A program made the position numbers and the translations under genes. A stretch of 62,000 nt of DNA from Diadema setosum. Lineage: Eukaryota. Under the pieces are notes generated by a model that saw only the letters and a program-made list of their open reading frames with translations, was not told the origin of the DNA and searched no databases. Below, one piece after another: positions 12,460 to 26,322 of this stretch. Each line of letters starts with the position of its first letter. Position 1 is the stretch's first letter. The stretch spans positions 5,146,001-5,208,000 of the forward strand of contig NC_092705.1 in NCBI RefSeq assembly GCF_964275005.1. The letters are read 5' to 3'.

Positions 12460-12867
12460 GGAAGCGCTGAGCAGTGCGGTTCGCACGGGTGGCACACAGA
12501 CACACACTATACGCAAACACACGACTGCAGCATGCACGTCATTCATTTTTATTCGCCACCGCCAAGAAAGTTTCAGCCTCGCTCGAAGCTCGTTGCTCAT
12601 CATCATGCACACCAGCAGATTTTGCCCGGTAAACGGATGTGAAGAAGGCCAAATACAAAGCGACATTTTCGCCACAGTTTTCGGCCTTCAAAGTCCAGTA
12701 AACATCGCCGCTCCGGCTTCTCGGTCGGGGATGAAGAGCGGCTAAAATGATGTGGATGTGCGGATTGCTAGCGTAAATCTTTTCCAATTTTGGAACAATC
12801 ATGATCGGAAAACTGTAATCTTGGATTAATAGCAGGCTGAAGAAGACGTAATTGGAGGAAAGCGAAA
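12460..12867 (+). promoter_or_regulatory. CpG-enriched putative UNC80 promoter / 5' UTR
   Basis: CG-rich unique sequence directly upstream of the UNC80 ATG; the TSS cannot be determined from sequence. Confidence 0.45.
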
Positions 12868-12959
12868 ATGGTGAAAAGGAAGAAGTCGGGAGATGATCCA
12901 AAGGATCTTGCAAGACAGATTCCACTTCCTATTCAGATATTTCTATGGCGACAAACCAG
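12868..12959 (+). CDS. UNC80: UNC80 coding exon 1 (92 nt, MVKRKKSGDDPKDLARQIPLPIQIFLWRQT)
   Basis: gaaaATGG start context, donor AG|gtagg; matches recalled MVKRK...IPLPIQTFLWRQTS. Confidence 0.95.
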
Positions 12960-14564
12960 GTAGGTCGTGATCGTGATCGTGCGACATTCTTACATAGCTA
13001 TTAGGGGTTCTATCCTGCTATAGGCCAAGTATTGTAATTCGAACATTTACTTGAAATTTTTGTGTTAGTTTTTAGACGATGATGTTGACTGAAACAAACG
13101 CCAGAAACGATGCCCCAGCCAGGGGAAGAAGGGATAGGTGCTTGGATTAGAATTGAAGATAGAGTCTTTGGATCAACTGTAACTTGTAAGTGTAACACTA
13201 ACAGTTATGGAAATATCAAACCAAAGTAGACTCTACAACCTGTAATGAAACGTTTAGATAAATTGTTATTGTAATATAGACTTACACATGTAAACCACAC
13301 AGCCCAGTCCGCACGGCGTCTGGTTGGGCTACTAGTATTGTTATTGTGACTCTAACTGGTAGTATTGCAACAGCAGTATTTGCAAGAGATAGAAACTTAT
13401 CTATATAGATAATCAAATAACGAACCAACAAACACAAGAAGCGCAATTCAAGAGTACAATTCTAACAACATTCTACAACAAATGAAGTTTCCCCAGATGT
13501 GCTTCCCTATTTAAAGTTGCCAGGCTGATGGAAAAAAGCAATCAAAATCTCAATGGCTGGTGGGCCTTTGCCTTTGTTGACTGATGTTGCTCTTGTCAAG
13601 TCTTGACATAACTTCGAGAATATTTATCAACAAAATAGACCTTCATTTCCTCCGGTGAGAGTGAGAAGGGCATTAAGTTGCTTCTTAACCCAGATAGTGT
13701 TCGAGACAACTTAACGCTCTTCTCATTCTCACCCGACGATTTTGAATAAGAATATGGGGGGGGGGGGGAAAGAGTAACTAGACATCTTTCTAATCCATGT
13801 AATTTCTTGTTAGGGTTGAAAATTAAACACACTGTGCGTAAATTAAGACTGTGTTATTGTTAAATGTCAGTAATCAGTGTGAAATGGCTTGGGGCTTTAT
13901 TCCCTTTCATGTGTTTACCGGCTTAAATCTTAATGTGATATCAGCAGATGAATAGATATTGAAAATACTTGAAGTTCAAGTTGTTGATTTGTTATCTGTT
14001 ATGTTCCTTCAGTCAAAGAAAAGGGATATAAGATGTGTTATGTTTCTTCAGTCAAAGAAAAGCCTTAAGGGTATACGATATCGCCCATGGGCCATTATCC
14101 AGGTCAATTGAGCAAACCGCTATAATCGAAAACCTTCTCCTCCACCTGTATGTTATCTTGAGATACATTGAAATGTGTGTCCATGTTATTATACACATTT
14201 GTATTCTATGAGTAGTTTTGTCAATGTTTCGATGGGGACTTTGTACCTGTTTATTTTCACAATGATTTGATTATTTATTTGTAAAAGTGTAGAAATAAAA
14301 TCAAAACTAAAACTGAAACAGATGTACACTAGGGTCTGATTGTGTTGCTAACTGAAACATCAATACTGCAGTTCAAGAAACAAACAGGAAAAGTGAGTAC
14401 ACGCTTTAACTTTGTCATATTGTGGTTCAAGTGGACACGATGTATGATTAATATTCCTTTTCCACACTTGCACATTATGGTCATCATGATAGCAGTATTG
14501 TCAGATAAAGTAACTGGGAGAAATTACATTTTATATTGGATCTTTGGTCTTTCAACATCTACAG

Positions 14565-14613
14565 CCCGTTCATCAGACCAAAGCTGACGAGGATATACGA
14601 GGCGAGCTGTGTG
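14565..14613 (+). CDS. UNC80: UNC80 exon 2 (49 nt, PFIRPKLTRIYEASCV)
   Basis: ctacag|C...GTG|gtaag; matches recalled AFLRPKLGKQYEASCV. Confidence 0.94.
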
Positions 14614-15221
14614 GTAAGAAATCAATCTTCTTTTGACTTGTTTTGATTTTTTTTTTTGGGGGGGGGATGGGGGGTTGTCTTTCTTTCAATTCAATTTTTG
14701 TTGTACGTTGCTATTCATTTTGTGAATTGATTCTGTTGGAGAACCAACTTGTTTTTGCTACATGAAGTAAGATTAATTTTTCATGATCATTCATGGTTTA
14801 TTCTGGGATGATTAGCATGTTGACCTCTTTGCATTGATAGAAGGGATGGGCTATGGACAATTTGTTTACGAGTATATTGTTGGCTGGCTTATTCTTAAGC
14901 CTGTCAACATTTACAAGCAGAGGTATCCTTGTCCCCCATGATGAACAAAAATACAAAATGTACAAATGTACAGGTAAGTTTGGTAACAATGAATGCTTAC
15001 ATACCTTGTGATTTTGTTACAAAGTACATTCAGTTCTTTCATGAATGTGGTTGGAAAAAGTTTTAAAGAGTGAATAGAAATAAAAAACAGAGCTAGAGGG
15101 AAGGAAAGAAGTAGAACAGAAACAGACAGACAGACAGACACACACACGTGTGTGTGGCAAGACCTCTGCTTAAACCTTACAGTGTTCTATTCATTGATTG
15201 GCACAGGCAGCTTAAAATTAA

Positions 15222-15779
15222 AGGGAAGATAAACCCCAAGAACAATGTGGATTGAGTGAAAGCAGCAACATTAGTAGAACACATCAGTGAAAGTTTGAAG
15301 AAAATCGGACAATCGATGCAAAAGTTATGAATTTTTAAAGTTTTGATGTTGGAACCGCTGGATGAGGAGACTACTAGAGATTATGACGTATGAGTGGACT
15401 ACAATATCAAGAAAATATAAAGAAAATACTACAAAAATCCATTTTTCAGGAAAATTACAAATTCCATCAACTTGATATTGACATATGTTAAGGGTAGCAA
15501 TTATTCCCCCTGCTTTCTGAAAGCGCTTGGTCCACTGCTCTTTCATAATTCTAGAAAAGTGAATTTTTGTTGAATATCCTTTATATTTTCTTTGTATTGT
15601 TGTCCACTCATACGTCATATCCTCTAGTAGTCTCCTCATCCAGCGGTTCCAACACCAAAACTTTAAAAATTCATAACTTTTGCATCGATTGTCCGATTTT
15701 TCTCAAACTTTCACTGATGTGTTCTACTAATGTTGCTGCTTTCACTCAATCCACATTGCTCTTTGGGTTTACCTTCCCT
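15222..15779. mobile_element. 558-bp palindromic TTAA-flanked MITE (Kolobok/T2-like termini AGG...CCT)
   Basis: TTAA-agggaagataaaccc...gggtttaccttccct-TTAA; inverted arms exceed 200 bp. Confidence 0.88.
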
Positions 15780-18290
15780 TTAATTTACAGTGAATAGACA
15801 TCACATAATCCCTTTAATCTCTATTGTGTCACCATTGCCCTTGTGTTGGACTGAGGCAAATTGTTCAACCATGCGCAGGTTTGGAGGAATCATTTGAATC
15901 CTGATGAGAAAACATAGCACACAAATTATACTATAGCTACATGTAAGTGTAAGTGCCTGAGTGCAGAAAAGGTCAAATCCCATCCGGAGTGAAAAACAGC
16001 AACATGCACATACAGTTGAACTTGTTCCCATGTGTTCGTACATTTGTGTTACGTAAGCACAGTATTTGTCATTTTCACGCACGTGCACACACGCATGCAA
16101 GCTGTGTTGCTTCACAGCTATGCATGCTTGTGAGAGAGAAAAAAAATAGCAGAAACCTTGCAAGATCATCATAGAGAACAGCAATTATGTGTTGTTGCAC
16201 CTACGTGTATCTGTTAAGTACTCTTAAGACTGTCTCCAAATGAATCTTCTTATTGAATCTCCCTGGAGGCTTGATTGTACTTAATGACAACTCACTTTTT
16301 ATTCTGTTGCTGGATACTTGATAGACCAAGGCCTATTGAACTCTGAATTAATTTGAACTGTTGGCTTCTGTGCCGGTACCATTATCAACATTAATCATCC
16401 GAAGGCTGGTCAGCCCCTCCCCCTTCCCCCTTCCCCCCCCCCTCTCCATTAAAGACAAAAATGTTTTGTGGCCCCAGGTTGTGCTTTAATAGAGAATAAG
16501 AAAGGGGGGGGGGGAGTGTGAACTGCTTATAGTAATTTTATACTGAGAGTCAATAAGACAAAGGGGAAGAAACTATTGTAACTGATTTTAATATCTAAGG
16601 AGTTGTTTTGTAATATTTATTTGCTCTTAAGATATTAAGTCTGCATGTCCTTGTCATACATTAACATTGTAGATGATCAGAATTTGACCATGAAATGTAA
16701 AGTCAGAGCTACCATGCAATGTCATTGTAAATCCACAACAAGTAATTTTCATGTTTGGATTGAGTTGTGATGTAGAGTATGCAATCCTGTGCATACCTCC
16801 GTTTAATTTAGAGTTCCTCTTCATTTTAAGGCAAACAATTTCAATTAGCCATTTTTGCCCACTAATGTAGTACTGTAGCCAAAGAGTCACCGACACCCAC
16901 ACATACACACACACACAATTTTTATCCTTTAGTTTTCTCGCAGTGAATGCAGAAAAGGGTGTGGAGTGCGATCGTAAAATTGTCACCCCAATTAGAAAAG
17001 AAAAAAAAAAGTACTAATTTGAATCCACTAGATCAGTGCATCCTGTTTGTGCAAAACACATTACTCGATGGTAAGAAATAAACACACACAACGCTTTTTT
17101 GTGTGCACCCTAAGGCCCTTCATGATTAGATGATCCTGAAACTCATTCATTAATCAGAAGTTTTACCTCGTGGCCACAACAGCACACAAAACTAGACTGG
17201 AGCTAGTCCTTGGATTGACTAATCAGTGCAGTATCGTACTGCAAGTTATGGTGCAGTAAGTAAAATGGTCATCCTGAAAAGTCTGCCAGGATGTCATAGC
17301 TGGCAGTTAGCATTATGAAATGGTTGGAAAGCCAGATTCCTGAAAATTTTGCACTGTGGAGTCTTTCTTTCTTCATTTTTTTTTTTTTTTTTAAATATGG
17401 TACAATTGAAGTACATTTCATGTCAGCTCTGACATACAACATACTGCTTGCTTCAAGGTCACCTGTGTAAAATTTATGCATGCTTTCTTCTTTTGTTCTG
17501 CTTCCTTCAGCCCCCACTCATGCATTCTCATGGTGAAGCTGCCATGTCATCATCCTTGTTCATTGTGATAGATTTTGAAATCATTCTTATTCCTTATCCC
17601 AATCACTATAAATTCTAAAACTCTGTACCCTGTATGTACCCAATTCACAGTTGTTCAAATGTAAAAGTCGGAAAATCAGCCCGAGTTCTGTTGATAACAT
17701 ACCGCACAAGACTGCAGTGGACGACCTTGGGTGTTTGCTGGACAGAGTTTGTGCATGAGGGTTACGAATTTTTGGCATTGTTTATCATGATTGAATGATG
17801 CGCTGATCATCTGCATTCCAAGAGAGAGGAGATGCATATATACATGTGTAATACATTTCTGATAGTTGTGTCAGGAGAGTCTTCACAAATGAGCTTTCTA
17901 CTGCAATGTTTGCCAGATAGGAATACCGGTAACCATGTTTATATTTTATGGCTTAATGCACATTATCAGTGTTAGGAGTTGAAAAAATAAAGTGTATCAA
18001 GCTGATCCTAAATGGAAATGCTTCATAGTTTTTGATGGTCAGCTTGCACTGTTCAGTTTACACCTTCAGTTCTGTATATGAGCCATGACTTCCAATGTTA
18101 ACCAACATGTAGCAGATTTGATGTGTTAGTTATAAATAGAATCACAGTTTCTCTGGTACGGGTACCAACAAAGAGACTCAAAACTATGTACTGGTTGTGT
18201 CTTACAATGTACGTATGTATGCAATTGTATGATGTACAGTTGTACATGTACATTGTATTACAGATTATAATTGGCTGCAGCCACACTGGA

Positions 18291-18485
18291 TACTGTAAAA
18301 CATGATATATTCGCGGCATGAAATTTTTGGAGCCGACGGCCTTTTTTGCGGCATGAAATTTTTGCGAGTGGCATTCAATGCATAGTGTAGACGGGAACTT
18401 TTGCGTGCATTTTGATTTCATGAATCTTGCCGCTCGCAAAATTCGCCAAATTAAAATGCACGCGATCATTCCTCGTTTTACGGTA
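18291..18485. mobile_element. TA-flanked Tc1/mariner-type MITE
   Basis: tactgtaaaacatg...cgttttacggta with internal ttcgcgg/gcatgaaatt repeats. Confidence 0.75.
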
Positions 18486-21400
18486 TTGCATTATGCTTCT
18501 TCCTTTTGATGCTCAATTTCTGTGAATTTTGGTAATACCAAGAGTCAACCACTGTGGCAAACCTAGGTCTATATTTTGAAATGAATTTATATCATGTTCT
18601 TTCCTTTTACATGAGTCTGTGGAGTTCCCTTGTTGTATAGGACATCCTGGTATATTTTGGCAGACACACAACAGTGAGATCTGTTGCTTGAAGGGCACTT
18701 GTTCTCTTGTTTCATATCTACTTCAGTTAGCAGTTAGTTTGCCTCAGTGTAGTGTACATTATGTGTGTGCATAAATACACCATAGGTTGACTATCATATA
18801 AACAAGTACATGTACATTGTATTTTTTTTAAACATGATGTTAGATATGTAGGTGCACAGAATCCAGAAGTGAAAAATTTATATACGATATGATAAATTTT
18901 TCATTAAAATTTATATTTGATGATAAATCTATCTAATTCCTTGCAAATATACTTATTGTAAGTTTGTGAGTCATATTACTTATTGTAATTTGTGAGTCAT
19001 ATACAGACATAAACATGCTTCCCTGATACAATTTCCCGTTTGCTCAGTTCAGGGACTCGCTGGTTCTGTGATTTTGATGTATTAGCAGGACAGAGTATTA
19101 TTGACACTGTGCTTCATGTACAGTATGTAAACTAATTTACAATTAAACACTAATGTCCACATTGACCTTGTATGTAGCAAGTTCAAATTTGGCACCACTG
19201 ATGAAAGCTATGTATGTGATGCAACAGAAGACTTTTAAATGATGAAGTATTCATAAGTTCATAATCTGTCCCTTTAATCTCATTCTGTATGAATATTGTT
19301 GCAGTGATTGAATTCACAGGGTAAATTATTGGAATGATGTGTTTGTGGAGAAAAAGAACTGAAAAAAACCAAAACAAACAACATTGTTTGCTCCTCCGAT
19401 ATTGCAAATGTCATTGGATGTTCAAATTCACCTGGTGGACATATTTTTAGAAATTGGCCACCTCTTGTTGTGGCCAAATGATACATCCCTGACGTCAATG
19501 TCAACTCAGCCCTCGTTCGGCTAAATGAGTGCATTTGCGTGCTGATCGATTCAGCAACCCCCCCCCCCCTCCCCAATCTGGTTTTCCATCATTCAGATTG
19601 GAGCTCCAAACAATGTGCAATGATTTGATGATTTCTATTGTGCACTTGATCACATTATTCCGTGACTGATTATTTTGTCATGAAAGGTGTTAGACTGATC
19701 ATTACTAGTTTTTATTCATGACGTATTGTGCTCATGCAGTTCTGTGATATGACCAGAAATTGCACATTATGCATTTACAGGTGCATGATATCATTACTGA
19801 AATAAAATCAGCTTTAGATTTCAATTGAAATTTTGTAGAATGATCTTCTACTCTTTATTCCGCAATTCTGCTATGAGAAGTACATTTTGAATGCAAAAGC
19901 TTCAAGTGCATGTCTGTAGACAATTTAATGTTTAAGTGACTGTGGGCTCTCTTTTCTTGCATTACAAGTTTTGTTAGTGTGTGTCTGCTTTTTATATGCC
20001 ATTTGAAATGAAAACTGAATAGATTGCAGAGCTAGTGAGCATACATTTTGATAATAAGCATCAAAACAGTGCAGTGAGGCTGATACTGCAGGAAAAACAA
20101 AAATAAAACTGAAAAAAAAATATGGCAGGTTTTTAGTCTGACAAACTGTATTCTTGCTACATTTTCAGCTTTTGCTGATATGTTGTGTATAGGGGGATTA
20201 CCAATAATGGCAGTCACTGCAAATGAATTTAATTTTCCTTATTTCAGGTTTAAAGAGAAATGAGACAAATTATTTGTGGAAATAATACATGTAGTTCAGT
20301 CTAAAATGTACATGTATATTCAGAAACCATCCCCCAACAAAGAAAAACATACAAAGCGATCTACTGTACATGTACCAATGTACATCTACATTGTATTCCT
20401 GATGTGATCTGTATCTACAGACTGGATTGATAATGTGTAGTTTTATATCATTTAGTGGATTTTCAAGGGCATTCTGCTTGGCTTACGGAATCATGATAAA
20501 TCCTGTTTCTACATATTTCTGTAAAAATGACACATGATGTTCATAACCCAGGGACATGGGATATTCTTATGTTGTAGTCTGTTGTTACATCACAGTGCAT
20601 AAGAATCCAAGAAGAGTTCAGTCATGTCAATCTATGGGTAGGATTCTGGCGATCATTTTGTGTATGGTACATGTATGAGATGTGATGTTCTGATATGTCT
20701 TGAGTGTAATGATAGTCAAGGCAACAGCAATTGCAGGGCCTGTGGAACATTTTAAATGGAGGAAAAAGGGAGGGATGATGGTCGTCTCTCTGCTCTTAGC
20801 GGGAAAGGAATCTTGGGATTAATCCCATTTGTTTGGTGTACATGTATGTAGTGCATTGCTAATTTTGTAATTTCTTTGTAAATGTTTGGTTAATTTTTCC
20901 GTAAGGCAGAAATGTTTGGGGCTGTAGCCCCTTTCCTCCCTCTGGCCCCCCTGGTTACATGGCCCATGAATTCACTGCGAGATGCCCTCACGATCGAGTG
21001 TCTTTGGCTTTCGTAAACTCCCCTGTCATTTCACCACATTAGACGTTGAATTGATTTGTCAGGCATCACATGGTGTTGGCTCGCTTCGGGAAAGCAATTA
21101 GACAGCAAGTGTCCTGTTTATGAGATCTGTGACAAGCTGGTGGCGACGAGAATTCCTGCCCGCAGCACAATGCAAATAAGTATTGCTCCCCAGAGCAACG
21201 AGGAAGATTCCTTTGCGTCTGTGCATGGGTGCGCGTTTGTTTAAGTCCTTGCATCCCAACGATGCAATTTTTACATTAAGGGTACTAATAACGTCCAATG
21301 GAGCAACAGTGTGTGCAGGACAGATCGGACAGTAGCCCCTCCCCATCAGTAATGGGCCTACATGCTTGGTAGTATCCGGATTGCTACCAGTGTGCCGATG

Positions 21401-22452
21401 AAGATTTCTGTTTATGATCTAATGAAGTCTTTGCATGCTAGAAGTGTAGAGTTACACCATCCATGCAATTGTGAAATTGCATGTAGCGATAGTATATACA
21501 GCATACGAGGAGTTCAATGTAGTAGTGATCTACTTTTGCAAAGTTATTGGTCCTGTGTGTGTGTGGGTGAGTGTCTGTGGGTTTATGCATGTCTGTGTGT
21601 GTGTGTGTCCATGCATGCATGTGTGCATGTGTGATTTACAGGAAAATACAACATGTGTGCATTTGTCTGTTAGTGTGTGTGTCAGGGAAGGGGGGGGGGG
21701 GGGGGAGGTGGTATCCAGTTTCCTGAACAGAAATATAAATCACAGACAACAAATTTGACCAGTATTTTCTTTTGGGTGCATCTCTAGTTGTATTTTTATT
21801 TCCCAATTACTTCAGTGTTTAAATTTTGTTTGTTTGTTTGTTTGTTTGTTTGTTTTTGCCTGAGATAACATTAAAGTTTGTCAATGATAAATCATATTTT
21901 ATTGTTGTAGGATGTCTATGAGATTGAAAGATACCTACATGTACTGCATGCCCCTAATCATAGAGAACTCAGAGATAGCTACTCCCCACAATTCTCTATC
22001 CCTCCCCCTCTCTCTCTACATACGGTACTCAGTCATATTAGTATAAAATAGATATAATGAATTATTGGCTAATGTATGAGTATATTAGTACACACATAGA
22101 TGTACATTCTCTACTTTGAGAGTAGCCTGACATATCCCTTTAAGATGAGAAGGTAAAGAAAAATTAGCTCTCCCTCTCTTGTGCATTGGGAGGGGATACT
22201 CAAAAGACATACATTTGTTTCCATGGGTATTTGCAGTTGATTTTGATTGAGATAGTGAATCATAGCATGAATTTTGTTCCTCTGCAAATTGTAAAGTGAT
22301 TCAATGTGTCTACAGAAGATAACCAATTCAAGGTCTTTTAAGAATGACAAAAAAGAAATATTTGTAATGAGTGAGAGCTGAAAAATGTGCCTTTCCCTGA
22401 TGCAAATCATTCTATGGATAAGATTGTTTTCTTCCCCATGAGACTCATAGCT

Positions 22453-22945
22453 CATTCATTCATTCATTCTTTGTAAAACATGTTATACAAAGAGATGTGA
22501 CAACAATACAGTGTATGTAAACAACATCAATATGACAACGCAACACATAAAACTTTAAGTTGCTGAGTGAAGTTGTTGATAAGAAGACAATGTGTCCTTA
22601 TTTAAACTAGCCCAGGGGAAAATGATTGCAGTGTTTTTTGTCATTTCTTTCTATGAAAAAACCCACACATATTGGCACACACACACATACCACAAACACA
22701 TGCAAACACTTTCAATACAAGACACCTACAACCACAAACACGCCCTGTCTTGCTAAAATCATATCAATGCACTATTGTGCAGAATCATTGTCATTTACCA
22801 GTTTTAGATTACTTAATTTTCAAGTTATAACTTCGAAGATTTTTTTTAAAGCATTCACTGTCTTATTAAATTTTACATAATGAGGAATACAATTCCTGAT
22901 TTGTGGAGCTTGAAAGAGTATAGAATAGGCAAATTGATGTAAAGC
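22453..22945 (-). mobile_element. 5'-truncated L2/CR1-group LINE remnant
   Basis: Minus strand reads FAYSILFQAPQIRNCIPHYVKFNKTVNA(fs)KKNLRSY, like the G/AP.IWN.IP...FKK.L ORF2 C-terminus, followed by a 3' UTR and a (TGAA)n tail at ~22453-22469. Confidence 0.6.
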
Positions 22946-23987
22946 TGATATCCCCCTTTAAAGGGGTATAAACATGTAGGCAGGCTTCCTACAAGGATAT
23001 ACAGAGCACTGGGGTCTGAGGGCAGAAGTGTGCGGAGGTGAAATGCACATTATGCCGAGAATTCCTTGTTCGTGGCATTTCAATCAGGTCTCCAGCGGTG
23101 CGCAAATAACGTCTAGCTCGATATCTCCCCGACTGCCTTGCATACTTAATGAGGTCTTGTTTCAGGGGATGCAATCGGCCTTGTCTGATTTCAGTATTGA
23201 TCTTTTTTGAGATATCCAGCAAATGGTTTTGCAGGCAGTGTGTGTGTTTGAATATTGTGTGGAAATCAATTCTGTCTTTTAGTTTTATTGAATAGTGTAT
23301 AAATGTGGTGTGATGTGAAGTTGAACACGATCTTGCTTGAAATACCAGCATGTTGCTTTAACCCTATTCACTGGGCATACATAAGAAAATGCCTTGTTTC
23401 CTAAAATTGTAAAGTCTAATTTCTGTCATGAAATGAAATACAGGCTCTTACGTATATCTTAACTATCATTAGTGCAGAATGTTATGCAGATAGATACATA
23501 GAAATTGCTCGTCAGTTGCTGATCTTCTGATGTGCATCTTGTATACTTGATAACACTCATGCCATGTACATGTACCTTACAAAAAGACAGTTCAACATAT
23601 GTTTAACCTTAATTTTGTGACAGGATTTCATCTCAACCCATGATTATGTTGTTACATTGTATCTGTGACTGTACCATTTCAGATGTTCTCTCTAGTTCTC
23701 AAGTAGTTCATAATGAGAATATACTGGAAATAAATATGTATCAATCATAATGCAGCATCCTGTTTAAATTCATCCAGGGTAAAAGGAAATTTTCGCATGA
23801 CATGTTTTGGTGATGGACTTGATTTTGTCTCTTTTATACCCTCCCTGCTTTCTCTATGCTCTTTCTCTGTCATTCTGTCTTGTCCTACCGTATCTGAACA
23901 ATCTGTATCTGTATCAATGAATCTATAAAAGATGCGACTATATGTATGCGTTCCTGCTTCATCTGCCCCTGTCTTATGTTATCTCTG

Positions 23988-24277
23988 TACTCTTTTAAAA
24001 AATGGAGTAAAATGTTCACTCTTGAAAGAGTGAATAACAGAAAAGAGTGAATTTAGAGTGAAATAGGAGTGAATTTTGAGTAGATGTTCATTTTCACTCA
24101 TTTTGGAGTGACCTCATGGATCACTCGAAAATTTTGGAGTGATCCCTGAGGTCACTCCAAAATAAGTGAAAATGAACATTTTCACTCAAAATTCTCTCCT
24201 GTTTCACTCTACATTCACTCTTTTCAACATTCACTCTTTCAAGAGTGAACATTTTCACTCAATTTTTTTAAAGAGTA
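23988..24277. mobile_element. 290-bp fold-back MITE
   Basis: tactcttttaaaaaat...gttcactcttgaaagagtgaa and ttcactctttcaagagtgaac...tttttaaagagta; palindromic to a centre near 24130. Confidence 0.85.
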
Positions 24278-25841
24278 TGTTATGCCGTCCACCCTCTGTT
24301 TCTCTGTTTTACGTGAATCTCATATTGCTCGATCTGGCTGCATGGTAATAATGAAAAGTGATGTACTGTATTTCTCACTTTCCTCTGTATCTGTCTCTCC
24401 ATTAGCATTATCTCTCCTTCTCCCTCTCTCTCTCTCCTCGTCAGCCAGCATGAATCTTTGTTTGACGTTTATGAATAATGAAGCTGTTTGCACCTCCCTT
24501 TCCTGTTGGATTCCCCCCCCCCCCCCGGCTCTTTCTCGCTTTCATTCTCTATCTGACTATCTAATTCACTCTGTCTGAGCAGTCATGGATGACACCATGT
24601 AATTTTGACAACCTAATTAATAAGCGAGAATGCTGCAAGCCGTTCTTCTGTAATTCGTTTTTGGCTTGATTGCCGAAACAGCACTGATTGGACGCTACCT
24701 TTTTATTATTTTTTTTTTTGCTATGACAATGATTGACAGTAATTCATTTTACAATGACCAATTTTTACTAAAAGGGTGGTTTCTCACAAGTGAAAAAAGT
24801 AAATGTGAACAAGAACTTACAAATCAGCAAAAGGATTGGAAGGATGAGGAGGAATATAGAGTGAAAATGATAGGTAATTTGATAGATTATATTGCCTTAC
24901 ATGATATCTGAAGTACATATCAAAATGGTGTCTTTGTCATTTGTGGTTTGTTAGAGAGCACTTAAATTATAGAAAAAGTATATCGCAGTCATTTTCCCAC
25001 TCGAAACAGTTACATACATGTACACTTATTCATCAGCAATATGTACAATATACATTGTAGATGATGACATGTGGTAGAGTGAACCTGCATGTAGATGAAT
25101 GTTCCATCTGGAGGGCTTGAAGTGCTATTGTAAGGGATTTTAATGTCTTGGGACATAGCTGGGCAGTGTATTTTCACTCGAATATCATTTTAAAACCTTT
25201 CGGTTTAGAATATTTTGTATATTCCCTACAGCAAAAGTCACTATCCAGTTTATCACACGCAAGTTTGTAGTCATTGTTCTACATATTGTATGAGAACACA
25301 ATTTCCGTTTATACTTTCCCTGTATACATGGCATACAGTATGTGTTGTATATTTCACAGTAATACATTCAGTTCAATTCAAAATGATTTTATTTCCATAT
25401 AAAGTAATACAAAGTAATATACATAATATGTAGTATATTATGTATATTACATGTAGTAATATAGATAACATGTAGTACAATAATTGTATGTATTGCAAAT
25501 AATGGATTTGTAAGAGAGTAACAAAGTGAGATTTAGTAGTATTTGTGTTCAGTGAGGGATGGGGTAATATTTTTATGTGCAGGATCAATGTTCAAGCCAC
25601 AATGTGTCACTGTGTATATTTTAATACCAGAGAAGGTAGACATCTCAGGAATGTGATATTTGCCAGACTTGATGGATCTAGCTGAGATGTCATATCCCCA
25701 AACTGCCCTGATGTGACGTCATATCGTAAAATTTGACTGTGCTGTTAGTATCAGTGGAATAGTTTGGAGATGGTTCTGCCGCATGCAGTCTGACATGATG
25801 CTCTGGGTTAATTGTAAATCATTGGAACAGAAAAAAAAGAA

Positions 25842-26054
25842 TACTGTAGAAGTGGATATTTTCGCGCGACTAATTTTTCGCGCTAGGCCGGGTCAGAAGA
25901 GTTTCGCGTGTTTTTAATTCCGCGGAATCAAGACATCACGCACAGGAACGTATGGCAAGCAAAAATATTCGCGTGTTTTTATTTTCGCGCTAGTTTCTGG
26001 TTGCGCGAAATGCGCGAAAATTTCAACACTGCGAAAATTTCCACTTTTACAGTA
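25842..26054 (+). mobile_element. TA-flanked Tc1/mariner-type MITE, family A copy 1 (CpG-rich, least decayed)
   Basis: tactgtagaagtggatattttcgc ... gcgaaaatttccacttttacagta. Confidence 0.85.
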
Positions 26055-26322
26055 ATGGCTTATGGGGCACAGATTATTGTATAATGAAAAAAAGAAAAAG
26101 AAAAGAACATAAGCCCTCTTTGTACTCCTGAGGGATAACACATTGCCTATCAAAATCATCAGCAAAGAAGACATGCATGAGTAAATTTTATGTTGACATG
26201 AATTTGAGTTAAAATTTTTCCCTTCATTACATTGTCCCCTGTCCATGCAGTAGTGAAAACCATTCAGCATAGCTTTTTGTGACATGTATGTAAACTTCTC
26301 TTGATTCTTTTGTTTCCCATAG

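Noticed and set aside
22989..23351. 120-aa minus-strand ORF as part of the LINE ORF2
   Set aside because: No RT or endonuclease motifs; LINE-like similarity is confined to ~22820-22945.
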